64,000 nucleotides of DNA, taken from Parcubacteria group bacterium Gr01-1014_31 (GTDB lineage: Bacteria; Patescibacteriota; Patescibacteriia; Buchananbacterales; GWA2-38-13). Positions within the stretch are counted from its first letter, which is position 1, and the number at the start of each line of letters is the position of its first letter. The notes below the pieces were generated by a model that was not told the origin of the DNA, did not search any database, and saw nothing but the letters and a program-made list of their open reading frames with translations. Below, one piece after another: positions 10,598-17,718 of this stretch. The stretch covers positions 77,290-141,289 of the forward strand of contig VMFR01000001.1 of NCBI GenBank assembly GCA_007376135.1, in the 5' to 3' direction. The position numbers and the translations under genes are program-made.

Positions 10598-10708
10598 CCC
10601 GCCGACCAGTCGCTCCGACCAAGCTCCGGGGTCAGTGGCCGGCAGACAAAGAGAACGACGTTGTTCTCCGCTCTTTCCATGAAAACCCAAACCCAAGGAG
10701 GTGGCCGC

Positions 10709-11479
10709 ATGGCTGCACTACCGCAATTCCTCTCGCGCGAAGGGATTCCCGTTACCGACGAGGAGATCGCGCGCGCGTTGGCGTCCGACGACATCCGGGA
10801 GATCCGGAATTTCGTGCTCGGTCCGGGGGAGACGAGCAACATTCCGCAGGCGTGCCGCCGCTGGCTGCGCCGTCTGGGCCTTGAGGGCAAGGCGACGCTG
10901 ACACCCGGCCGCAACCCGGATGAGTACCTGGCCGCCGCCCAGGCGGTCAGTGAAGTTGGGGTCGTGCCTCTGTACTGGACCTGCGCGGTCTTTGGCCGCG
11001 AAAAGGACCTGTTCTTCGGGCAGGGCACGTCCACGCTGATGTTCTTCGCCCTTGAGCGCATGCCGTTGGACGCGATGCAGCTGGCAACGCGGCCAAACGC
11101 TCTGACCTATCCGGTCAGAACCATCGCGTGCATCAGCCAGCACCTCCATCTCCCCGAAGGCTGGACCCATATCGCCAGCCACCCGTCGCCCAAGCCCCTG
11201 TTGGACGCGCTCCTGGCGTCCAACCCCCAGTGCTCGTGGATGGAATCCACGAGCAACGGCGCGGCGGCGGAACTGTGCGCTCGCGGCGAAGCGGACGCGT
11301 GCATCTGTACGGAGACTGCCCGCGCGGCCACGGGGCTCACCACCATCCACGAGTTCGGGAGACCGGACATGATCTTTTTCGGCGGGTTGACCGCTCACGG
11401 CGCCGTGCAGGTGCGGGCCGTGCATGCCGCGCAGCAAGTCGAGCGCGCGCAACACCTGCGTTTCTGTCACGAATCATGA
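10709..11479 (+). CDS. prephenate dehydratase (PDT)-domain protein, divergent paralog
   Basis: Strong SD AAGGAGGTG 7 nt upstream of ATG 10709. PDT-like 'LGPGETSNIPQA' (GPxGTfSxxA), 'SHPSP' and 'ESTSNGAAAEL...ATGLTTIHEF'. No ACT domain. Confidence 0.5.
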   Translation: MAALPQFLSREGIPVTDEEIARALASDDIREIRNFVLGPGETSNIPQACRRWLRRLGLEGKATLTPGRNPDEYLAAAQAVSEVGVVPLYWTCAVFGREKDLFFGQGTSTLMFFALERMPLDAMQLATRPNALTYPVRTIACISQHLHLPEGWTHIASHPSPKPLLDALLASNPQCSWMESTSNGAAAELCARGEADACICTETARAATGLTTIHEFGRPDMIFFGGLTAHGAVQVRAVHAAQQVERAQHLRFCHES

Positions 11480-13008
11480 CTACCGCCGTCATCGGCGCCT
11501 CCGGCGCCATGGGACACCACCTTTTGGTCCCGCTGCTTGTGCAGCTGGGGCCGGTTGTGGCCGTCTCGCGGCATTCGCCGCCGGAGGTCTGGGCGCGGGC
11601 CTGGAGAGCTGACGCCATCTGGCTGTCCATCCCGCGCGACGCGGTACCGACGCTTTTGGCTGGCCGCCAACTGAAGCCCTCCCAGGTCGTGGTCGACATC
11701 TGCTCCATCAAGCGGCGCCTTTCGGCTGTGGTCCAACCGACGGGCGCCGCGTTTCTTTCTTTCCATCCGCTCAACGGCCCGCAAGTCCCGTTGTCGGGGC
11801 AGAAATGGGTGCACGTGGACGCCGACCCGAAGGTAGCGACGCACGCGGCCGCCCAGCGCATCGTCAAATTTCTCCACGACTGTGATATTAATTTTTTGCA
11901 TGCCGCCTCCGAGGACGAGCACGATTTCATGATGGGGGTGGTGTTGAGCCTGCCCGAACTTTTCACGCTCGTCATCGACGATTTGCTTTCCGACTACGCG
12001 CGCGCCAATGGCCGCGCCATCCCGCAGAAAACGACGCTCCTGGAGTGGGCCGTCCCGGCGTCCAACGCGATGTACTCCAGCGCCATCCATGCCGTGTCCA
12101 GTTCGCCAGAGTGGCTGCGGGAGGACCTCATTACCGGCGCGCACGGGGCGCTGGTGACCGCGGCGACGCGGGCCTTTGCGCGGCTCTCGCACTTGAGCAT
12201 GCCCGAGATAGCCGAACGCGTGCGGCGGCAGCGCACCGCCATCGAACAGCTGCCGCTGGTGGAACGCACCCGCATCCGGCAGTGGGTGGAGCGGTGGTTC
12301 GTGGATTCCAACCTCCATGTCTTCGGGTTTCACCGTCGGCGGCAGCACCGCCCCAACCTCGTTATCCAGGAAGCCGCCGAGGTAAATCAGATCTTTCCGT
12401 TGCAGCAGGGACGCGTGCGGGTCGGCATCCACGGCGTTGCCGGTTGCTTCACCCATGAATCGTTGTTGCGCCTGTGCGAGGAGCTCCGCGTCGATCCCGC
12501 GCGGCTCGACCTGCACTACCTGGTGGAAGCGCGCCGGGTCATTGCGGCGACCATCGCTGGCGAAGTGGACCGCGGGGTGTTTGCCATGGCCAACTCCGGT
12601 TCGGGCGCGTACGTGTCCAGCATGCACGCGATGGGGGAGCACCGTTTTGACGTGCTGGCCATTTACGGCATGGAAATTTTGCAATGCCTGGTCGCGCATC
12701 CGTCCATTAAACGCATGGATCAGGTGGCGGAGGTCTTTGGGCACCCGCAGGCGGTCTCCCAGTGCAAACGGACCTTTGCCGAGCGCTACCCCGGTCTCAA
12801 GGTCGTTTCCGGCCAGGACAGCGACGACACCGCACGGTGCGCCAAGCGGATCGCCGACGGCAGTCTGCCGGTAACGACGGCGACCTTGGCATCGCAGGTC
12901 GCCGCCAAGATCTACGGACTCAACGTGCTCGAGTATGGCATGCACCACGACCCGTTCAACACCACGACGTTCCTGGTCATCCGCAAGCCTGCCCCCAGGG
13001 TAAATTGA
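11476..13008 (+). CDS. prephenate/arogenate dehydrogenase (TyrA) fused to a C-terminal prephenate dehydratase domain
   Basis: ATGA overlap with upstream stop. N-terminal Rossmann 'VIGASGAMG' and 'FHPLNGP' (HPMAG-like). C-terminal 'ANSGSGAY', 'HPQAVSQC', 'LASQVAAKIYGLNVL...NTTTFLVI' match PDT signatures. No ACT domain. Confidence 0.7.
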   Translation: MTTAVIGASGAMGHHLLVPLLVQLGPVVAVSRHSPPEVWARAWRADAIWLSIPRDAVPTLLAGRQLKPSQVVVDICSIKRRLSAVVQPTGAAFLSFHPLNGPQVPLSGQKWVHVDADPKVATHAAAQRIVKFLHDCDINFLHAASEDEHDFMMGVVLSLPELFTLVIDDLLSDYARANGRAIPQKTTLLEWAVPASNAMYSSAIHAVSSSPEWLREDLITGAHGALVTAATRAFARLSHLSMPEIAERVRRQRTAIEQLPLVERTRIRQWVERWFVDSNLHVFGFHRRRQHRPNLVIQEAAEVNQIFPLQQGRVRVGIHGVAGCFTHESLLRLCEELRVDPARLDLHYLVEARRVIAATIAGEVDRGVFAMANSGSGAYVSSMHAMGEHRFDVLAIYGMEILQCLVAHPSIKRMDQVAEVFGHPQAVSQCKRTFAERYPGLKVVSGQDSDDTARCAKRIADGSLPVTTATLASQVAAKIYGLNVLEYGMHHDPFNTTTFLVIRKPAPRVN

Positions 13009-13157
13009 GAGGCAGAAAAACCGATCTTATACTTCGAGCGAGTCCCGCCAATAGCGGGATGAGTCGAGAAGAAAGCGAACAGGCAGCTTCTCGACTGGGC
13101 TCAAAGACTGCCTGTTCCCACTTCTCAGTTGTTTTTCTACCGTCTCAAATTAAAAAA

Positions 13158-13192
13158 ATCCCCCCACATTCGTCAGGGGGGATTTTTTTAGT
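13158..13192. terminator. bidirectional intrinsic terminator between convergent genes
   Basis: aaaaaaa-atcccccc-acattcgtca-ggggggat-ttttttt. Confidence 0.75.
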
Positions 13193-13674
13193 TACGCGCG
13201 TTCCAGTCCCCAGGTGCGGTCGGAAAATTCGGGAAGCTCCAGTAGGCGGAGGATCTCTTTTCGCAGGGCGGCAATGTCGCCCGCATTGAGCGGGACGTTG
13301 TCCTGGTAGAACCCGGATTCCGGGCGCGGGAAGTACAGGGCTTCGCCGAAGCGCTGGATGACCGCGTTGGTGGCGCGGCCATAACAGTGCACGTGCAGGT
13401 ACGGCGTTTCTCCGCGGGCCTGGGCCCAGTTGCCGTTGTCCTGGTAGTTGATGCGCTTGATTGGAATGCCGCGGGCGGGCAGCGCTGAACTCATGGCGCG
13501 ACCGACGACCACGGTCAGACGCATCAGGCGGATGCTCAACCGCGGGGTGAGGCGCGTGCGATCCGGGACCGGCGTGACCGGATTGATGACGATATGGCCG
13601 CCGTCGGTGCGCGTCACGTGCGGTTTTTCCACGGCATCCACCGTGAAGTCGGCGTCGGACCAGATGCGGGCCAT
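13192..13674 (-). CDS. hypothetical protein, possibly HIT-like
   Basis: 160 aa with 'DGGHIVINPVT' and 'PYLHVHCYGRA'. Resembles the HIT fold but lacks a canonical HxHxHxx motif. Confidence 0.35.
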   Translation of the reverse strand: MARIWSDADFTVDAVEKPHVTRTDGGHIVINPVTPVPDRTRLTPRLSIRLMRLTVVVGRAMSSALPARGIPIKRINYQDNGNWAQARGETPYLHVHCYGRATNAVIQRFGEALYFPRPESGFYQDNVPLNAGDIAALRKEILRLLELPEFSDRTWGLERA

Positions 13675-13687
13675 AAGGGAGAGGGCG

Positions 13688-14794
13688 TTACTTTTTCCAG
13701 GGCAAAAACCGCCGCACCGTTCTCAACTGGGATTGGGCAACGCCCGTGACGCGGTGTTTCAATTGCGCTGCCCGCTGAGCGACCTCCTCTTGCAGCGCTT
13801 GCTCGAAGAGCTGGCGCCGGCCAACGGCGACCGGAATGCCGGCCAGTTCCAGGAATCCCACGCCGCTCACGCTTTCGCCGCGCACCGTGCCGATGACGTT
13901 CAGTCCGCCCTCCCAGTAGTTGAGCGGCCCGAAGACCATTTCCTGCTCTTGCGCCAGCGGGGTGACGGTCAGCGTGGTTTCAAACTCGGGGAAGTTCAAG
14001 CGCCACTCCAGGGGGTACGCGGCGCCGGTCTGCGCGCTGCGCCAGGGCGTGCCCGTCGCCTCCATCTGCACTTGGCGGGTGGTTTTGAGCATGCCGTTGC
14101 GGAGGCTGGCCGTCGCGAGCGTGGTTTGCACCTTGCCGCCGTAACGGAACGCAACGATGTCCAGATGGTTGTCCAGCTGCAGCGAGAACCAGGTCCAAAT
14201 GTCGTCGTTGGGTTGCCAGCCGCAGTCGGCCCACTGGTGGTCCATCCAGCCCAGCCCGGTGACCGGAACGCGGCGGCCGTCCAGCAGCAGGATGCCCTCC
14301 GCCTCCAGGCGGCACAGCGAATAGTAGTACGTCGTTTTGACGCCCAGGTCGAGATAGCCGGTCTGATTTTCCAGCAGCGGCGGTTTGCCGCTGTGCAGTC
14401 GAAGCCGTAATTGCGCGGTTTTCAGTTCGTACGTTGCGGCCGGAAACGCCGTCAGGGTCCAGTCGGCGACCTGCACATGGAGCAACGGTTTCCGGAAGCT
14501 GTCGGCGCTGGCCAGCGCCAGGGGGACGACGGCGCGGTACTGGCGTCCCGAGGTCAGGTCGGTGACGATCTCGTGGATGAAGTAGGCCTCGCGGAGTGGG
14601 AGGAACTTGAAGAACGGGAGCTTGATGCGCCGCGGGTCGGCTTTGAACAGGCAGGACATGAACGTATACGCGCGCCCGGCCTCGTCCTGCAGGTGGCCGT
14701 TGAAATACCACCATTCGACAATGGTCGCGTGCGCCCGTTCGTCGTCCGGAAAGCGGATGGGTTTTATCATGTGCGTGGGGATGGGGGCCTGCAA
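13688..14794 (-). CDS. AttH/CrtC-like lipocalin-fold protein (COG5621 predicted secreted hydrolase family)
   Basis: 'FPDDERAHATIVEWWYFNGHL' is the hallmark N-terminal motif of the AttH/hydroxyneurosporene synthase family. Confidence 0.55.
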   Translation of the reverse strand: MQAPIPTHMIKPIRFPDDERAHATIVEWWYFNGHLQDEAGRAYTFMSCLFKADPRRIKLPFFKFLPLREAYFIHEIVTDLTSGRQYRAVVPLALASADSFRKPLLHVQVADWTLTAFPAATYELKTAQLRLRLHSGKPPLLENQTGYLDLGVKTTYYYSLCRLEAEGILLLDGRRVPVTGLGWMDHQWADCGWQPNDDIWTWFSLQLDNHLDIVAFRYGGKVQTTLATASLRNGMLKTTRQVQMEATGTPWRSAQTGAAYPLEWRLNFPEFETTLTVTPLAQEQEMVFGPLNYWEGGLNVIGTVRGESVSGVGFLELAGIPVAVGRRQLFEQALQEEVAQRAAQLKHRVTGVAQSQLRTVRRFLPWKK

Positions 14795-14944
14795 TTGTTC
14801 AGTATAGCGCAGTGCGCGGCGGCGGCAAGGTGCTGACGGTTGCCCGGACGGGGGATATCTGGTACGCTTGACGATTGGCGGCGGGGCAGCATTGGGCTGC
14901 TCCGGCCAAGGTTCCTTGACAGCTCCAGAACGGAGGTCAGATCC

Positions 14945-16705
14945 ATGCTCACGCGAGCGTTGGTTCTAGCGGGCATTGTGGCGGTCGGCGGTACGGTGGC
15001 GGCACAGGATGGCATCATTTCCACGGTGGCCGGCACCCGAACGCCAGGCCATGCCGGCGACGGCGGCCAGGCGGTGAACGCCCAGTTCGAGCTGCCCGTC
15101 GGGGTGGCGGTCGCTGCGGACGGTACGCGGTATGTCGCCGACGCTCAAGCGTCGGTCATCCGCAAGATCGACCCCAGCGGGGTCATCACCACCATCGCGG
15201 GCACGCCCGGCGAGTTCGGCTTCTCCGGCGACGACGGTCCGGCGATTGGTGCGTTCATTTCAGCGCCGTTGGGCATCGCGGTCGACGCCAGCGGCAACGT
15301 GTACTTCTCCGACGCCGGGAACCGGCGGGTGCGGAGGATCGCCGCCGCAGACGGCAGCATTACGACCGTTGCGGGCAACGGGGACAGCGGGTACTCGAAC
15401 GTTTCGGGTGTTGCGTTGGAGCTTTCCATCGATTACCCCGCGGGCCTGGCAGTCGGTCCGCAAGGGTACGTGTACATCGCCGCTCCGAACAATGGGATGG
15501 TGTACTACCTCATCCCGGAGCTGGGAGCTCTGGATACGGTCGCTGGCGATTTCGAGCAGCACGGCGCATCCAGCGGCGACGGCGGCCAGGCCAGGTCGGC
15601 CGGGCTGCATTTGCCCTGCGGGGTCGCGGTGGCGTCCGACGCCACGGTGTACATCGCCGAACAAGGCGCGCACCGCATCCGCAAGGTTGCCCTCGATGGG
15701 ACCATCACCACGCTGGCGGGCACCGGTACGGCCGGATACAGCGGCGACGGCGGCCTGGCGACGACCGCGCAGCTCTCGTTCGACGTCGAATACCCCTCCC
15801 AGCTCGCCATTGATGATACGGGCGCGCTGCTCATCGCCGACAGCGGCAACTCCGCCGTTCGGCGTATCGACGCCAGTGCTTGCATCGAAACCTATGCCGG
15901 CACCGGGGTCGGCGGCTTTTCCGGCGACGGCCAATGGGCCTTCGAGGGGCAGTTGATGCTGCCGTATGCCGTTGCCAGCGGAACCAACGGCGACCTGGTG
16001 GTTGCCGACAGTTTCAACTACGCGCTGCGCAAGGTCAGCCGTAACTTCAGCACCCAGACCGGGAGCAACGTGACCGTCGACCTCGGTAGCGAGGCCTCGC
16101 TGACCTTCGAACAGGTCACCAGCAGCGGCGACGTTTCCATCGATGTCGTGGACACGGTACCCACACCCGCGCCCGGCTACGTTGAGGTCAACGGCAAATA
16201 CTACGACATCAACGTTACCGGCGGTTTCACCGGCGCGGTTACGCTCGCCATCGGCTACGACGACGCCGGGCTGTCGGTCGGCCAAGAGCGCCAGCTCAAG
16301 TTGCTGCACTTCGTCAGCGACCAGTGGGTGGACGTTACCACCGACGTGCGCGTTGACGTGAACTTCATTGACGGCCAGGTGACCAGCTTTTCGCCGGTCG
16401 TGCTGGTGCTGCCCAGCGAAGGCAAGCCGCTGGTCAATTTCCGGCGGGGCGATGCCAACGACGACGGCGCATACGATGTTTCCGACGCCGTTTCGGCGCT
16501 GCTCTACCTGTTTGCCGGCCGCACGTCATCGTGTCTGGACGCGCTCGATGCCAACGACGACGGGAGCGTCGACATCAGCGATCCGGTGGCGGTCCTCGAC
16601 TGGCTGTTCCTCGGCGGCAAGAACCTGCCCCCTCCCGGCCCGGATGATACCGGGCTCGACCAGACCGACGACGGTACCAACTGCGACGCGTATCAGTCGC
16701 GCTGA
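14945..16705 (+). CDS. secreted NHL-repeat beta-propeller protein with C-terminal dockerin-like Ca-binding pair
   Basis: SD GGAGGT sits 8 nt upstream of ATG 14945. Signal peptide 'MLTRALVLAGIVAVGGTVAAQ'. Repeated 'GDGGxA..A.L..P.GVAV...G..Y.AD..N..IRKI' NHL units. C-terminus 'GDANDDGAYDVSDAVSALLYLF...DANDDGSVDISDPVAVLDWLF' is dockerin-like. Confidence 0.7.
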   Translation: MLTRALVLAGIVAVGGTVAAQDGIISTVAGTRTPGHAGDGGQAVNAQFELPVGVAVAADGTRYVADAQASVIRKIDPSGVITTIAGTPGEFGFSGDDGPAIGAFISAPLGIAVDASGNVYFSDAGNRRVRRIAAADGSITTVAGNGDSGYSNVSGVALELSIDYPAGLAVGPQGYVYIAAPNNGMVYYLIPELGALDTVAGDFEQHGASSGDGGQARSAGLHLPCGVAVASDATVYIAEQGAHRIRKVALDGTITTLAGTGTAGYSGDGGLATTAQLSFDVEYPSQLAIDDTGALLIADSGNSAVRRIDASACIETYAGTGVGGFSGDGQWAFEGQLMLPYAVASGTNGDLVVADSFNYALRKVSRNFSTQTGSNVTVDLGSEASLTFEQVTSSGDVSIDVVDTVPTPAPGYVEVNGKYYDINVTGGFTGAVTLAIGYDDAGLSVGQERQLKLLHFVSDQWVDVTTDVRVDVNFIDGQVTSFSPVVLVLPSEGKPLVNFRRGDANDDGAYDVSDAVSALLYLFAGRTSSCLDALDANDDGSVDISDPVAVLDWLFLGGKNLPPPGPDDTGLDQTDDGTNCDAYQSR

Positions 16706-16740
16706 CCATGCACCTTGGGTTCCGGCGCGTTCGCGCCAAC

Positions 16741-16768
16741 GGGGGAGATCGATCACCCCCGTTTTTTT
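16741..16768 (+). terminator. intrinsic terminator after NHL gene
   Basis: ggggg-agatcgatca-ccccc followed by gttttttt. Confidence 0.7.
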
Positions 16769-16779
16769 ATACCCCACCA

Positions 16780-16808
16780 TTGCCAGACCGCGATTTTCCT
16801 GCTATCTT
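16780..16808 (+). promoter_or_regulatory. sigma70-like promoter for the tRNA locus
   Basis: TTGCCA (16780-16785), 17-nt spacer, TATCTT (16803-16808). Predicted TSS falls a few nt before the tRNA-like 5' fragment at 16818. Confidence 0.5.
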
Positions 16809-16817
16809 CAATGCCAT

Positions 16818-16876
16818 GCCGCCTTCGTCGAGAGGCCTAGTCTCGTTACGGGAGATCTCCCGTAGGGAGAGACGCC
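16818..16876 (+). other. tRNA-Glu-like 5' fragment (acceptor 5' strand plus D-arm) carrying a 30-nt palindromic insertion
   Basis: 'GCCGCCTTCGTCGAGAGGCCTAG' matches 20/23 positions of the adjacent tRNA-Glu (positions 1-23). Homology resumes at 'GACGCC' (16871) after a 30-nt insert (16841-16870) containing TCTCCCgtaGGGAGA. No anticodon arm or 3' half follows. Confidence 0.6.
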
Positions 16877-16899
16877 ACTAGTTTCCCACCCAAATTTTT

Positions 16900-16972
16900 G
16901 CCGGGTTCGTCTAGAGGCCTAGGACGCTGCCCTCTCACGGCGGAAACACGGGTTCGAATCCCGTACCCGGTA
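16900..16972 (+). tRNA. tRNA-Glu (anticodon CTC)
   Basis: Manual cloverleaf: acceptor GCCGGGT/ACCCGGT with G1-U72; D-stem GTCT/GGAC; anticodon stem CTGCC/GGCGG, loop CTCTCAC; T-arm ACGGG-TTCGAAT-CCCGT; discriminator A. CCA not encoded. Confidence 0.9.
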
Positions 16973-17012
16973 GAAATTTGAGCGGGAGGCAGTAAACCAA
17001 CGCTATACCGTT

Positions 17013-17081
17013 ACGGCGGAAACACGGGTTCTCACCCTTCGAGTGATCTCCCGTAGGGAGAGAATCCCCTAGGCGGTACCA
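17013..17081 (+). other. tRNA-Glu-like 3' fragment (anticodon 3' stem to CCA) carrying a 30-nt palindromic insertion in the T-loop
   Basis: 'ACGGCGGAAACACGGGTTC' is identical 19/19 to tRNA-Glu positions 37-55. A 30-nt insert (17032-17061) is followed by 'GAATCCCCTAGGCGGTACCA'. The 3' acceptor AGGCGGT is exactly complementary to the 5' fragment acceptor GCCGCCT, with compensatory changes at 5/68 and 6/67. No 5' half precedes it. Confidence 0.6.
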
Positions 17082-17101
17082 CCCGATCTACTCCTAAGGA
17101 A

Positions 17102-17131
17102 AACGTCGGTTGACGGACGTTTTCTTTTTTT
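17102..17131 (+). terminator. intrinsic terminator closing the tRNA transcription unit
   Basis: aacgtc-ggttgacg-gacgtt followed by ttctttttttat. Confidence 0.7.
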
Positions 17132-17156
17132 ATCCGGAACTGCATAATGTACGGGT

Positions 17157-17717
17157 ATGTCGCCATTCACGATCGTGCTTCTCACGTTGGTGCTGGTAGT
17201 GATGCTGTTTATCCTGGTGTTTGCCGCCGTTCTCCTGACGCCGTTCGCCCTGCCGCTGCTGGCGTTCGGCGCGCCGTTCATTCCCAGCGCAGGGAAGACG
17301 GTGGAACGGATGTTGGACGCCGCCGGTGTCGGTCCAACGACGCGGTTGCTCGACCTCGGGTCAGGCGACGGGCGCATTCCGGTGGCGGCGGCAAAACGCG
17401 GCGCGCGGGCCGACGGCGTCGAGGTCAATCCGTGGCTGGTGTGGGTTTCCCGCCGGCGGGCGCAGTGGTTTGGCGTGCGCGAGCACACCATGTTCAAGTG
17501 CGGCAACCTGTGGACGTACGACGTTGCGGCCTACGACGTGGTGACCGTGTATGGCCTGGGCCCGATCATGGGGAAGCTGGAACAGAAACTGTTGCGCGAA
17601 CTGAAGCCCGGGACCCGCGTGGTGTCGCACGCCTTCCATTTCCCGAACTGGCGGCCCGAGCGCGAGGACCGTGGCGTGGTGCTCTACGTGGTGCCTGAGC
17701 GTTCCGCGGCTGCGTGA
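17157..17717 (+). CDS. membrane-anchored class I SAM-dependent methyltransferase
   Basis: N-terminal TM helices, then MTase motif I 'LLDLGSGDGRIPVAAAKRGA' and 'GVEVNP'. Confidence 0.65.
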   Translation: MSPFTIVLLTLVLVVMLFILVFAAVLLTPFALPLLAFGAPFIPSAGKTVERMLDAAGVGPTTRLLDLGSGDGRIPVAAAKRGARADGVEVNPWLVWVSRRRAQWFGVREHTMFKCGNLWTYDVAAYDVVTVYGLGPIMGKLEQKLLRELKPGTRVVSHAFHFPNWRPEREDRGVVLYVVPERSAAA

Positions 17718-17718
17718 T

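Noticed and set aside
16818-17081. tmRNA or permuted tmRNA interpretation of the tRNA-like fragments.
   Set aside because: The locus is only about 260 nt, lacks a tag-peptide ORF ending in hydrophobic residues plus stop, and lacks pseudoknots. Its homology is specifically to tRNA-Glu D, anticodon and T arms.
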